Shown piece by piece: positions 35,647 to 45,253 of a stretch of 64,000 bases of DNA (positions within the stretch are counted from its first letter, which is position 1; every line of letters starts with the position of its first letter). The stretch comes from an uncultured Verrucomicrobiota bacterium. GTDB taxonomy: Bacteria > Verrucomicrobiota > Verrucomicrobiia > Limisphaerales > SIBE01. The notes below the pieces were generated by a model, which was given only the letters and a program-made list of their open reading frames with translations, was not told where the DNA came from and did no database searches. The translations under genes and the position numbers were made by a program. Location: positions 9,622 through 73,621 of the forward strand of contig CAZODO010000006.1 in assembly GCA_964578605.1 (NCBI GenBank), given 5' to 3'.

Positions 35647-36048
35647 ATGCTTAAGTCGCTTCACCTGCAGATTGACCCGAATTCAGGCGTCCCCGTCTAC
35701 CGCCAGATGATGGATCAGATCAAGTATTACGTCGCTTCCGGCGCTCTCCAGCCCGGCGACCAACTGCCCTCCATCCGCGAATTGGCGCAGAGGCTTTCGG
35801 TGAACCCGACCACCGTCGTCAAAGCCTATGGGGAACTGCAGCACGGCCAGATTATCGAAATGAGGCATGGCAAGGGCGTGTTCGTCACGGGCAATTCCCT
35901 GCAGATGACCGACCGGGAACGGGAGAAGGCGCTGCGCAGAATCGCCCGGCAATTGGCCGTGGAAGCAGCACAAATGCAGGCGCCGGCGCCGCTGGTCCTG
36001 CGAATTGTCGAGGAAGAGATCGCCGATATTTCAGAGCAACACGACTAA
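35647..36048 (+). CDS. GntR-family transcriptional regulator, short YtrA-like subtype
   Basis: VPVYRQMMDQIKYYVASGALQPGDQLPSIRELAQRLSVNPTTVVKAYGELQHGQIIEMRHGKGVFV is a canonical GntR winged helix-turn-helix. At 133 aa it has only a short helical C-terminus, and an ABC ATPase follows, as in ytrA-type operons. Confidence 0.85.
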   Translation: MLKSLHLQIDPNSGVPVYRQMMDQIKYYVASGALQPGDQLPSIRELAQRLSVNPTTVVKAYGELQHGQIIEMRHGKGVFVTGNSLQMTDREREKALRRIARQLAVEAAQMQAPAPLVLRIVEEEIADISEQHD

Positions 36049-36068
36049 CCCCATCCTCCGAGCGGGGC

Positions 36069-37061
36069 TTGGGAATGGCTATGGGCGCTTACGCAATCGA
36101 GACTGAAAGGCTGACGAAAGGGTTTCCGGACGGAATCACCGCCGTTGAGGACCTGGATCTGCGCGTTCGTCCCGGGTGCATTTACGGGCTGATCGGACCC
36201 AACGGGGCGGGAAAGACCACGGCGCTCCGGTTGCTCATGGGCCTCCTGCGCCCGCAGAGCGGCACGGCCCGGATCCTGGGCGAGGATCTTTATAGCGCTC
36301 CGAGATCGGTCCGGTCTCGGGTTGCCTATATCTCGCAAACGCAGCAGATGCACACCTGGATGACGCTCGACGAGTTGTGCCGATATGCCTCAAAGCTTTA
36401 CGAGCGTTGGGATGCCGGCTACGCACGCGAACTCCGTGAGCGCTGGAAGCTTTCCTTTACGCAGCGGCTGGGGGGGATGTCCACGGGGGCTCAGCGGAAA
36501 GCGGCCTTGCTTCTGGCATTCGCTTCCAGGGCAGACGTTCTCATCCTCGATGAACCGGCGGCAGGGCTGGACCCGATCGCGCGCCGGGCGTTGGTGAATG
36601 AGATTATCGGGCTGGCGGCGCGCGGGGATGGAGGCGCCGTCCTGTTCAGCACCCATTTATTGGAAGACATTGAGCGCATCGTGGACTGCGTGGGGATCAT
36701 GGACCGGGGCCGATTGGTGGTTTCCGCCAGGCTCGAGGACCTGCAGAGCACGGTGAAGCGGGTCCAGATCGTCTTCCAGGACGACTCGGTGCCTCCGGAT
36801 TTGGCGATCCCTGGCGCGTTGTGGACTGAGTCTGCCGGTCCGGTGGCCACTGCCGTGACTCGCTTGGCCCACGAGGCGCAACTGGACTCCATCCGGCACC
36901 TGCCCGGCGCCCGGCTCCAGGTGTTCCCTTTGAGCCTCCAAGAGATTCTCTTGGCGTTTCTGCAGAAAGGCGGCCCGGCCGATTCAAACACGGAAGGCGC
37001 CAGCCGCGCTGCGCCGCAAGAACCGCGGCGCTGGAATTCCGTTTCCGACCTCAATCTATGA
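36069..37061 (+). CDS. ABC transporter ATP-binding protein
   Basis: Walker A GLIGPNGAGKTT, signature motif MSTGAQRK and Walker B VLILDEPAAGLD. The stop overlaps the next gene's start (ATGA at 37058-37061). Confidence 0.9.
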   Translation: MGMAMGAYAIETERLTKGFPDGITAVEDLDLRVRPGCIYGLIGPNGAGKTTALRLLMGLLRPQSGTARILGEDLYSAPRSVRSRVAYISQTQQMHTWMTLDELCRYASKLYERWDAGYARELRERWKLSFTQRLGGMSTGAQRKAALLLAFASRADVLILDEPAAGLDPIARRALVNEIIGLAARGDGGAVLFSTHLLEDIERIVDCVGIMDRGRLVVSARLEDLQSTVKRVQIVFQDDSVPPDLAIPGALWTESAGPVATAVTRLAHEAQLDSIRHLPGARLQVFPLSLQEILLAFLQKGGPADSNTEGASRAAPQEPRRWNSVSDLNL

Positions 37062-40000
37062 AGACACCTGTAATCCGGCGCTTCCTGCTCCAATCGATGT
37101 TGATCGGACTGGCTTGGTGGTTTCAGACCAGCGCCACCCAGGTCATCGGCAGCCCGGTAAGAGAACCGGCCATTGTCAGCATTCGCCTCGATGGCAAAGA
37201 CGTGGTTGTGACCGCGCACGTCCCTGCCGGCCTTACGAAAATCACCCTCCAGTCCTGTCGCCAGCTTGGGACAGGCGCGTGGGAACCCCGGGCGGTGATG
37301 CGGCTTGATGGCGAAGGGGGTGAGGTGACTTTCCGGATACCGAGTTCGCCCGAAGCAGAGATCCTCCGGGTGCGGGCGGACAATTCGGAGCCACTGCCAA
37401 CCTTGTTCTACCAAGGAACCCATGAGTTCCCTGGGGTGCCAGTCCAGCAGTCGAATTACCCTCCTGTACTCTATTACCGAAATGGCGACGCGTTGGAGGG
37501 CGGGCCCGTTCCGGCGCAAGGCGGCGACCAGCGAACGGTGGTCGAATCGGACATTTGGAAGCTGGAGGGCGATACCCTCTATTTCTTCAACCAATTCCGC
37601 GGGTTGCAGGTCATCGACGTGGCGGTTCCGGATGCCCCGGTGGTGCGCGGCACCCTTTCCCTGCCGGCGTCGGGCGAGCAAATGTACCTGCTCGGAAAGG
37701 ACCAGGTGGTTCTGCTCGCGCGGCAGGGCTGCGGAGGGTCGCCCAGCTCGAGCAGCCGGGTCTTGATCGTGAACACGGCCGGAGCCGCACCATTCATCAG
37801 TGCCGAATTGCCTTTGGAAGGGGAGATTCAGGAAAGCAGACTGGTAGGCACCGCCCTTTACGTGATGGCGCAGACCTACCGGCCGGTGGCGGATTCAAGG
37901 GACAACGCGTGGGAATGGGGGACCGCGGTTTACGCGTTTGACCTGGCCAATCCGGCAGCACCCGTGGCGCGCCCAAGCCTGTGGTTCGCCGGCTATGGGA
38001 ACGTGCTAGCGGCGACCGATGCGTTCCTGTTCGTTGGGGTGGGCGCGTCTTCCGAGGCGGCCCAAATTCACTGCATCGATATTTCGGCGCCGGACGGGAC
38101 CTTGGGCAAGGCGACGGCTCTCAAGGTGGCAGGCCGCGTGCCGGACAAGTTCAAGATGCACCTCAATGGCGACGTGTTCACGGTGATTTCCGAGGTGTGG
38201 CAAGCGGATAGCACCGGCCGGTCGCGCCCCGTGACGAAGCTGGAGACGTTTTCCCTGGCGGACCCGGCTGCACCCCAGAAACTTGGCGAGCTGGAACTGG
38301 CGAGTGGCGAACAGTTGCACGCGACGCGCTTCGATGGCGACCGGGTTTACGTGGTGACCTTCTTCCGCGTCGATCCGCTCTGGGTGGTGGATCTTTCCGA
38401 CCCGGCAAAGCCGGCGATCACGGGCGAACTGCATGTCCCCGGCTGGTCGACTTACATCCAGCCGTACGGCGATCGGTTGGTGGCAATCGGCATCGACGAC
38501 ACCAACGGCTGGCGAGTGGCGGTCTCGCTCTTCGACGTTCGGGATCCCGCCGCGCCCGCGTTGCTCAGCAAAATTCCGCTGGGCGAAAACTCGTCCTGGA
38601 GCGAAGCGAACTCGGACGAGAAGGCCTTTGGGTTCCTCCCGGATGCGGGGCTGATCCTGGTGCCTTACTCCACTTACTCAACGACGAGCGAACGGGGCGT
38701 GCAACTGATCGATTTCAGCCCCGATGGCCTCGTCAAGCGCGGCGTTATCAGCCATGACCTCGAAGCCCGGCGTTCGACGTTGCATCGCGATCGCGTCCTT
38801 TCGATTTCCGGACGCGAACTGCTCACGGTCGACGCTGCGAACCGTGACAAACCGGAAGTCCGTTCGGAGCTGGAACTCGCGTGGCCGGTCAACCGCGTGT
38901 TTGTCCAGGATGCCTTCCTGGTCGAGGTCGAGGATGCGCAAGGCTGGGACGGCATGGTGAACCCGGTGGTCCGCGTGGTGCAAGCGAACGCGCCAGAGCG
39001 TGTGGTGGGGACGTTGACGCTGACCAACCTCCCCGTGGCCGGGGCTGCGTTGCGCGACGGGCGGCTTTACGTGCTGCAGGCTTCGACGACCTACGTCCCT
39101 GTTCCGGTCGTGTTGGAAGGCGAGGAGAAGCCCATCACGGAAGGAACGAACCGTACCCTGCTTGTTTGCTCGGTGGTGGACGTGACCCGGTTGCCCGCGT
39201 TGGAATGGCTCGGGACGGCAGGGTTCGAGACCGGCGAGGTGTTCGCGGGGAGCGCGCAACCGCTCTGGCCAAAGGCGGGCGTGCTGGTCTGGGTGAGTCA
39301 GGCCTCGCATTGGGGCCCCTGGCTTTACGCGGATGCCACCCTCTGGCGAGGCTCAGGCCGATGGTATCCCTGGTATCGAAATGGCGAAGTGAAGATTTAC
39401 TCGGTGGATACAAGCAATGCGGCCGCGCCTCGGTTTCTCTCCGAAGTCGCACTCGGTGGAACCACCAACCGTTGGGGCAGCTTTAGCCAGCCGTTCGTGG
39501 CGGATGGCGCCGTGTTCCTGAGCGAGCAGTTTACCGAAGCCACCATTACCGGCACCAATTTCGTGGTGAGAACGAACGTCGTTCGAATGGGTGATGAAAA
39601 GGCAGATCCCCCGCCGCCGGAATCCCTCGTGACTGTGACCAATGCGGAATTGGTCTACACCTCTCGCCAGGTGACTTGGCTGCACGTGGTCGATTACGCA
39701 GCGCCGGCAACGCCGGTCGCCCGAAAGCCGATCACCGTGCCCGGCGCGTTGCGAGGCGTCTCCAAGGACGGCGCACTCCTTTGCCTCGTCGGATACAGAC
39801 TCGACACCGAAGAGTTGAGTGATGGCCAGGAATGGTTGCACGCCTGTTCCTATGATGGCGTGGCCTCCTACCTGGTGGATTCCATGCCACTCGCGAAAGA
39901 GTGGCCACACGCTGTTCTAACCCAGGACCGGTCGATCTATGTCACCCGGCCGAGAACCGGCGACACCGCTCCGGCGGCGATGGAAGTCTGGACCCTCAAT

Positions 40001-40270
40001 GACTCCGCGAAGCTGGCCAAGCTGAACGAAAGGGCTCTCGCGGCCAATGCCAATGGGCTCTACGCCATCTCGGATCTCCTGGTGGCGGACGAAGAAGGTG
40101 GAATGGAGTTCTTCGACCTGACGCAGCCCAGCGAATTGCCGCGGTTGGGCAAAGGTGCGGTCTCCGGTTGTTACGGAGTCGATCTTGGGGCTGCAGCTGG
40201 CTCCAGGAAGGATGGCCTTTGGCTGCCGATGGACCTTTATGGCGTCATCCAGATTCAACCCCAGCCATGA
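37058..40270 (+). CDS. Secreted beta-propeller-domain protein (the 'Beta propeller domain' family typified by SDIxKxDG..xY motifs), 1070 aa
   Basis: Signal-like N-terminus (LLQSMLIGLAWWFQTSA). VVESDIWKLEGDTLYFFNQFRGLQVIDVAVPDAPVVRGTLSLP, ATRFDGDRVYVVTFFRVDPLWVVDLSDPAKPAITGELHVPGWSTYIQPYGDRLVAIG and VAVSLFDVRDPAAPALL are characteristic of that family. Confidence 0.7.
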   Translation: MKTPVIRRFLLQSMLIGLAWWFQTSATQVIGSPVREPAIVSIRLDGKDVVVTAHVPAGLTKITLQSCRQLGTGAWEPRAVMRLDGEGGEVTFRIPSSPEAEILRVRADNSEPLPTLFYQGTHEFPGVPVQQSNYPPVLYYRNGDALEGGPVPAQGGDQRTVVESDIWKLEGDTLYFFNQFRGLQVIDVAVPDAPVVRGTLSLPASGEQMYLLGKDQVVLLARQGCGGSPSSSSRVLIVNTAGAAPFISAELPLEGEIQESRLVGTALYVMAQTYRPVADSRDNAWEWGTAVYAFDLANPAAPVARPSLWFAGYGNVLAATDAFLFVGVGASSEAAQIHCIDISAPDGTLGKATALKVAGRVPDKFKMHLNGDVFTVISEVWQADSTGRSRPVTKLETFSLADPAAPQKLGELELASGEQLHATRFDGDRVYVVTFFRVDPLWVVDLSDPAKPAITGELHVPGWSTYIQPYGDRLVAIGIDDTNGWRVAVSLFDVRDPAAPALLSKIPLGENSSWSEANSDEKAFGFLPDAGLILVPYSTYSTTSERGVQLIDFSPDGLVKRGVISHDLEARRSTLHRDRVLSISGRELLTVDAANRDKPEVRSELELAWPVNRVFVQDAFLVEVEDAQGWDGMVNPVVRVVQANAPERVVGTLTLTNLPVAGAALRDGRLYVLQASTTYVPVPVVLEGEEKPITEGTNRTLLVCSVVDVTRLPALEWLGTAGFETGEVFAGSAQPLWPKAGVLVWVSQASHWGPWLYADATLWRGSGRWYPWYRNGEVKIYSVDTSNAAAPRFLSEVALGGTTNRWGSFSQPFVADGAVFLSEQFTEATITGTNFVVRTNVVRMGDEKADPPPPESLVTVTNAELVYTSRQVTWLHVVDYAAPATPVARKPITVPGALRGVSKDGALLCLVGYRLDTEELSDGQEWLHACSYDGVASYLVDSMPLAKEWPHAVLTQDRSIYVTRPRTGDTAPAAMEVWTLNDSAKLAKLNERALAANANGLYAISDLLVADEEGGMEFFDLTQPSELPRLGKGAVSGCYGVDLGAAAGSRKDGLWLPMDLYGVIQIQPQP

Positions 40271-41088
40271 CTGCAGGCTTTCGCCACCTTGACGAGCCGT
40301 GCCCGGCGCCGATTACACGCGGTCGGCGCCGGGTGCCTTCTATTCTGGGCCAATGTGCCAGTGCCCGTTTGCGGGGCGGGTTCACACTCATTGAGTTGCT
40401 GACGGTCATCGCCATCCTCGCGATTCTCGCGACGCTGCTCTTGACCACGCTCGGCTCGGTGAAACGCAAAGCAAGGGAGGCCGTTTGCATTTCAAACCTT
40501 CACCAGATCGGGCTCGCCCTGAACCTGTACCTTGAGGATTTCGGAAAGCGGCCGCCTGACCTGGAGACCCTGGTCATTGCGAAATATCTTACCCCCAAAG
40601 TCCTGCTTTGCCCTGCGGACAAGACGGCTTCCAAGCTCGCCTCAACCGAAGGGCTGGATGTAAAGAACGGAACCCCTCCTCAGCTCGGCAACGCCAGCCC
40701 GATGCCTCATGTGTCCTACCAGCATCCGCTGGCGTGGCCGGATGAGGAGTGGAACCGGCTCATGCAAGCGAGCACCCGCGCTGGCATTGTTGCCTGCACC
40801 TTCCACGATGTGCGTCCGCGGCAGGACGTGGCCGTTGCCTTCGCATCGGACGGATTGATACTCCGGGGACTGCTGGACGGGACGGTCGTTCGCAGGCAGG
40901 TCTTTCCCGAGCAAGCGGAGGCGGAAATCGACACAGCGAATGAGCGGGGTGCACCCCCGCCGACGCCTTCGTTTGCCGACGTTGCGATCGGCGGGACTGC
41001 CAACCCTGTCAACCAGGAGGGGGCAAGCAACACTCTGAACTCGGCCTTTCCGCCCTGGGGGTTTTTCAGCGATGACCCAGCGCCTTAG
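40267..41088 (+). CDS. Prepilin-type N-terminal cleavage/methylation domain protein (pseudopilin-like)
   Basis: GGFTLIELLTVIAILAILATLLLTTL. ATG 40267 overlaps the upstream stop (ATGA). There is no clear H-X9-DG motif. Confidence 0.75.
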   Translation: MTAGFRHLDEPCPAPITRGRRRVPSILGQCASARLRGGFTLIELLTVIAILAILATLLLTTLGSVKRKAREAVCISNLHQIGLALNLYLEDFGKRPPDLETLVIAKYLTPKVLLCPADKTASKLASTEGLDVKNGTPPQLGNASPMPHVSYQHPLAWPDEEWNRLMQASTRAGIVACTFHDVRPRQDVAVAFASDGLILRGLLDGTVVRRQVFPEQAEAEIDTANERGAPPPTPSFADVAIGGTANPVNQEGASNTLNSAFPPWGFFSDDPAP

Positions 41089-41135
41089 AGGGTGGCGCGC
41101 CGAAGGACCCGCGTCGCAACCGGACCGGCTGAGAC

Positions 41136-42029
41136 ATGATAGCTGAACCGAAAGACAAGCTCGATGCCACCTTCGCGGCTCAGGAGGCCCCGGACGCGGC
41201 CACGAACCAGTTGCCGAAGAGCGAACGCGGCAGCTCGTTTCGCGGCGTGCTGTGGTGCGAATGGTTCGCCCACAGCCGGCTGTTGCTGGCATTTCTTCTG
41301 TTCTGGCTTGCGTGCGTCTGGTTCCTGCCGCTGGTGAGCCATTCGGGTTGGATCGTCGTCGTTGCCGCGGCGTTTGCCCTGGTGGCGGGCCCGGTCTACG
41401 GCGGAGGGGACACGATCGAGGGGTGTGAGGAGTTCTCGTTTTCCCTGCCCGCCACACGCGCGGAACGTTACCTCGCCCGCCTGGTCATTGGCGGAGGCGC
41501 GCTCCTGCTTTTTACGGTGCTCGACTTGCTGACGCTTGGCTTGGACCTGCCCCAATTCCTCGGCCGGCTTTACCTGGATGCCGGTCTGCTCAAGCCGCTT
41601 CCGGTCCTGAAACCGCGCCTGCTCTATGGTTTAGTGCTGGCTTTTCCCTTGGCCGTCTTTGCCTTTTCGTTCGCTCTGGCGGCGGTGAGCCACTCGCGAA
41701 TGCTCATTCTCACGGCCTGGTTCTGGAGCTTGCTCGTCGCGATGAGCACGACCCAGCTAGCCTTTTGGTATGAGAACGCCGTTTGGGGCGAACTGAACGG
41801 GTTTTGTTCCGCGCCCTTGCTGGTGCTGCTTGGTTTAGCGGCGCTCTGGGGCGGCTATCGGGCCTACCTGCAGAAGGAAATAGGCCACCATCACCAGCCG
41901 CTAACGCTGCCGCCTCGGTTTTGGCTCTGGCTGCTGATGCTCGGGGTTGGCATCGCCTTGGCGTGCGTTCTTGTCTCGCTCCTGGTCCGCCAGTATCCCA
42001 ATCTGCTTGCGGTCAGCAACGCGGGCTAG
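41136..42029 (+). CDS. Polytopic membrane protein (candidate permease partner of the ABC ATPase)
   Basis: About 6-7 hydrophobic helices (LLLAFLLFWLACVWFLPLV, WIVVVAAAFALVAGPV, LVIGGGALLLFTVLDLLTL, LLYGLVLAFPLAVFAFSFALAAV, LILTAWFWSLLVAMS, PLLVLLGLAALWGGY, FWLWLLMLGVGIALACVLVSLL). I recognise no family motif. Confidence 0.65.
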   Translation: MIAEPKDKLDATFAAQEAPDAATNQLPKSERGSSFRGVLWCEWFAHSRLLLAFLLFWLACVWFLPLVSHSGWIVVVAAAFALVAGPVYGGGDTIEGCEEFSFSLPATRAERYLARLVIGGGALLLFTVLDLLTLGLDLPQFLGRLYLDAGLLKPLPVLKPRLLYGLVLAFPLAVFAFSFALAAVSHSRMLILTAWFWSLLVAMSTTQLAFWYENAVWGELNGFCSAPLLVLLGLAALWGGYRAYLQKEIGHHHQPLTLPPRFWLWLLMLGVGIALACVLVSLLVRQYPNLLAVSNAG

Positions 42030-42480
42030 CGGCTCCGCTTTCGGGGAGGCGGTCCCAAAGCTCTCGGAAAGCAGCCAGACCAGCATCGAGGCTCTGCTGT
42101 GCCGCATGCGACAGGCTTTCGCCAAACCCGAACTCGACCGCTGGAAGCGTCAGCCACCAACCAGGCGGTCCTGCCCCGTACAGGGCCCGGGCGAGCGCTA
42201 GCAAGGTGGCAGGATCGCTGGCGTGCGGGTTGAAGGCTGCGCGCGCTTCCGCTTCGATCCGCTGCAACTGGACGCCAGAGTCGTCCAGAACTCGGGCGTC
42301 GATGAAGAGGACCGCATCCGCGCGACTGATCGGGTCTGCCAGCTCGGGTGTGAGTTGGTGGCAAACATGCACTTCCACCCCGGGAAAGCCTTGTTTGTCG
42401 ATGGCGGAGGCGAGCCTGGGTCCGAGTCCATCGTCACCGCGCAACGTATTGCCATACCCGATGACGAGAACCCTCTTCAC
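42013..42480 (-). CDS. hoxW: Hydrogenase maturation endopeptidase
   Basis: VLVIGYGNTLRGDDGLGPRLA...VHVCHQLTPELADPISRADAVLFIDA is the typical HoxW/HycI/HybD pattern. I chose GTG 42480, 15 nt after the hoxH stop. The longer ORF-track start would overlap hoxH. Confidence 0.8.
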   Translation of the reverse strand: MKRVLVIGYGNTLRGDDGLGPRLASAIDKQGFPGVEVHVCHQLTPELADPISRADAVLFIDARVLDDSGVQLQRIEAEARAAFNPHASDPATLLALARALYGAGPPGWWLTLPAVEFGFGESLSHAAQQSLDAGLAAFRELWDRLPESGAASPRC

Positions 42481-42494
42481 CGCAGAGCCTCTGC

Positions 42495-43919
42495 TTAAGA
42501 ACGCTCGATCTGTTGCAGGACGGCGCCGTCGGCGTCGAGCAGGACCACGTGCAGGGGCATCCGACCGGCGGCATGCGTCGAGCAACTCAGGCATGGATCG
42601 TAGCACCGGATCCCGGCCTCAACCCGATTGAGCATGCTTTCGGAGATCTGGCTGCCGCGCAGGTAATGCCGGGCGATTTGGGTCACGGTCCGGTTCATCG
42701 CCAGGTTATTCTGGCCGGTGGCAATGGCGAGATTGACCTTCTTGATGAGCCCATTCCGATCCACGTGGTAATCGTGGAAGAGCGTCCCGCGCGGTGCTTC
42801 GCTGACACCCACCCCCCGGAGCTTGTTGATCCCGGCGTCGGCGCGCAAATCCTCCGAGAACATGTCGGGGTCGTCCATGTAACGTCCGATCCACTCGAGC
42901 GATGCCAGGATCTCGATCAACCGCGCGTAATGGTAGAGGAACGACGAAGTCACAGCCCCTCGGCCCATCTGGCGGAAGGTCTTGAACTCTATGTCGGCTT
43001 CCGGTGTGCCCATCTGCTCGGCGACATTCAGCCGGGCGAGCGGACCCACCCGATACATCCCGTCCGGGCAGCCGAGCGGCTTGTAGTACGGCGATTTGAG
43101 GTAGGAGTTGGCCTGGACCGCTTCGCCGATGTACTCGTCATACTTCTGCGGGTCGAGCCGGTCGGCAATCACGCTGCCGCTGCTATCGACGAAACGCAGC
43201 AGGCCTCCGTGATGTTCCCATCCCCCCTCGGCATCGACCAATCCCATGAACAGGGAGGAAAAATTGCCGAAGATTTTGCTCTCGCGCTCGTGCTTCTTGA
43301 GCAGCTTTTTGAACAGGTCGATCGCCAGCCGCGTGGTCTTGAACGCTTCGGGCAACCGCGCGCGAATCTGGCAATGCCCGGCCTGGGTCAGCGGATTGCG
43401 AACGCCTCCCGGGACCGCCCACGCCGGGTGGATCTTCCTTCCCCCGAGCAGTTCAATGATCTCCTGGCCAAACTGGCGCAGCCGGATGCCAGCGCGCGCC
43501 AAGTCCGGGTCCGCTGCAATCAGGCCAAAGACATTCCGCTTTTCAGGCGGCGTGTCCCAGCCCAGGAGAAAATCCGGCGCGCTCAAATGGAAGAAGCTTA
43601 GGGCGTGCGACTGGACGATCTGGCCCAGATTCATCAAGCGCCGGAGCTTGTCCGCCGCGGGCGGGATACTGACCGCCATGATGGCGTCGCCTGCCTTCGC
43701 CGACGCCAGGAGATGGCTCACGGGACAGATTCCGCAAATGCGCGGGGTGATGCCCGCCATTTCCGCCATGGGCCGTCCTTCACAGAACTTTTCGAATCCG
43801 CGGAACTCCACGACGTGAAATGCGGCATCGGACACGTTGCCGTCGTCGTCGAGCTGAATGGTAATTTTCGCGTGACCCTCGATCCGGGTTACAGGGTCGA
43901 TAACGATTCGCTTTGACAT
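42495..43919 (-). CDS. hoxH: [NiFe] hydrogenase large subunit, bidirectional NAD(P)-linked type (group 3d-like)
   Basis: N-terminal [14 protein letters not shown] and [11 protein letters not shown] (L1 motif). C-terminal [11 protein letters not shown] (L5/C-terminal Ni-binding motif). Confidence 0.9.
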   Translation of the reverse strand: MSKRIVIDPVTRIEGHAKITIQLDDDGNVSDAAFHVVEFRGFEKFCEGRPMAEMAGITPRICGICPVSHLLASAKAGDAIMAVSIPPAADKLRRLMNLGQIVQSHALSFFHLSAPDFLLGWDTPPEKRNVFGLIAADPDLARAGIRLRQFGQEIIELLGGRKIHPAWAVPGGVRNPLTQAGHCQIRARLPEAFKTTRLAIDLFKKLLKKHERESKIFGNFSSLFMGLVDAEGGWEHHGGLLRFVDSSGSVIADRLDPQKYDEYIGEAVQANSYLKSPYYKPLGCPDGMYRVGPLARLNVAEQMGTPEADIEFKTFRQMGRGAVTSSFLYHYARLIEILASLEWIGRYMDDPDMFSEDLRADAGINKLRGVGVSEAPRGTLFHDYHVDRNGLIKKVNLAIATGQNNLAMNRTVTQIARHYLRGSQISESMLNRVEAGIRCYDPCLSCSTHAAGRMPLHVVLLDADGAVLQQIERS

Positions 43920-43976
43920 AGTGCAGATCTGTTCAGGTCAGGTTCGGTTCCAGCGAGAGGCGACGGCATTGGGGGT

Positions 43977-44525
43977 TCAGCCGAACTTGAGGTCCTCGCC
44001 AACAAGCTGCGGAGTGGCGCCCGACAGCAGCTGTTGCAGAAAGAGTTTGATCCGGTGCGCCGACGGTGGACAACCGGTCAGGTAATAGTCCACGTCAATG
44101 ACTTCCTGGAGCGGCATGACCCGCTCGAGCAGGGGCGGCACGATCCCGGGCTCCTTGGGGATGCCCTGGTTGAGATCGGCGGCTTCAATGTAAGCGCGCT
44201 GGAGGACATTCTCCGCGTTTCCCAAGCCCAACTGGTTGCGGAGCGCCGTGACGTTCCCCGTCACCGCGCAGTCGCCGAACGCGACGACCCGTTTGGTCCG
44301 GGCGCGGATCTTGCGCGCCAGTTCCACATGCTCCTCGTTGCAGACCGCTCCCTCGATCAGCACCACATCGACATTCTCAGGGTATTCTTTGATATCGACG
44401 ACGGGGCTGTAAACGATGTCGATCTGGCCTGCGAGGTCGATCAGGACCTCGTCCAAGTCCAGGAACGACATGTGGCATCCGGCGCAGCCGCCCATCCAAA
44501 CTGTCGCTAGTCTCAGATGTTCCAT
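43977..44525 (-). CDS. hoxY: [NiFe] hydrogenase small subunit, HoxY type
   Basis: A short (182-aa) small subunit with [26 protein letters not shown] and GCPP. Confidence 0.9.
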   Translation of the reverse strand: MEHLRLATVWMGGCAGCHMSFLDLDEVLIDLAGQIDIVYSPVVDIKEYPENVDVVLIEGAVCNEEHVELARKIRARTKRVVAFGDCAVTGNVTALRNQLGLGNAENVLQRAYIEAADLNQGIPKEPGIVPPLLERVMPLQEVIDVDYYLTGCPPSAHRIKLFLQQLLSGATPQLVGEDLKFG

Positions 44526-45229
44526 TGTTTCTTCTCCCGTGCGTTAACGATGAATTCGAGGCGGGTCCGGTCGCGTTGCATTTCCGAAACGGTGCAACCG
44601 CGGTGGAAGAGCGCGCCTGTCGGGCAGGCCTGGACGCATTTGCCGCAAGAGGTGCAAGTGGTGGAATTGCCCCAGGCTTCGCTTAGATCATTGATGATCC
44701 GCGAAGGCGTGCCGCGGCCGGCCACGTTCTTGGTTCCGGCGCCTTCGATATGCCAGCATACGCGGACGCATCGGGTGCACAAAATGCAGCGGTTATGGTC
44801 AATCCCGAAGAGCGGGTGCGTAATGTCCACTTCCCATTTCGGGAAACGGTATTCGAACCGGACATGATCCATGCCATGCTCGTAGGCGAGCGTTTGCAGC
44901 TCGCAATGCCCATTGGAAACGCAGACCGCGCACACATGGTTGCGCTCGGCAAAGAGCAGTTCCAGCGTGACGCGCCGGTACTTTCGGAGTCGTTCGGTAT
45001 CCGTCCTGACGTCCATGCCCTCGGCGACCAAGGTGGTGCACGCGGGCAGGAGCTTATTGACTCCCGCGACTTCCACCAGGCACAGCCGGCACGCGCCCAC
45101 GTCATAAACGCCGTCCAGGTGGCACAGGGTCGGGATGCGAATCCCCGCGTCCGTCGCGGCACTCAGGATGGTTTCGCCTTCGTCGGCGCTAACCTGTTTG
45201 CCGTCGATTGTCAGTGTTCTTGCTGCCAT
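44513..45229 (-). CDS. hoxU: Diaphorase Fe-S subunit HoxU (NuoG N-terminal-like)
   Basis: [26 protein letters not shown]...[10 protein letters not shown] is a 2Fe-2S motif. [13 protein letters not shown] and [11 protein letters not shown]....[12 protein letters not shown] are 4Fe-4S motifs. Confidence 0.9.
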   Translation of the reverse strand: MAARTLTIDGKQVSADEGETILSAATDAGIRIPTLCHLDGVYDVGACRLCLVEVAGVNKLLPACTTLVAEGMDVRTDTERLRKYRRVTLELLFAERNHVCAVCVSNGHCELQTLAYEHGMDHVRFEYRFPKWEVDITHPLFGIDHNRCILCTRCVRVCWHIEGAGTKNVAGRGTPSRIINDLSEAWGNSTTCTSCGKCVQACPTGALFHRGCTVSEMQRDRTRLEFIVNAREKKQWNI

Positions 45230-45253
45230 AGGAAATCCAGGCTCGATTGAAAC

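Noticed and set aside
36491-37681. 396-aa minus-strand ORF.
   Set aside because: It is antisense to the ABC ATPase (Walker A, Walker B and signature motifs all present on the plus strand) and to the start of the propeller gene.
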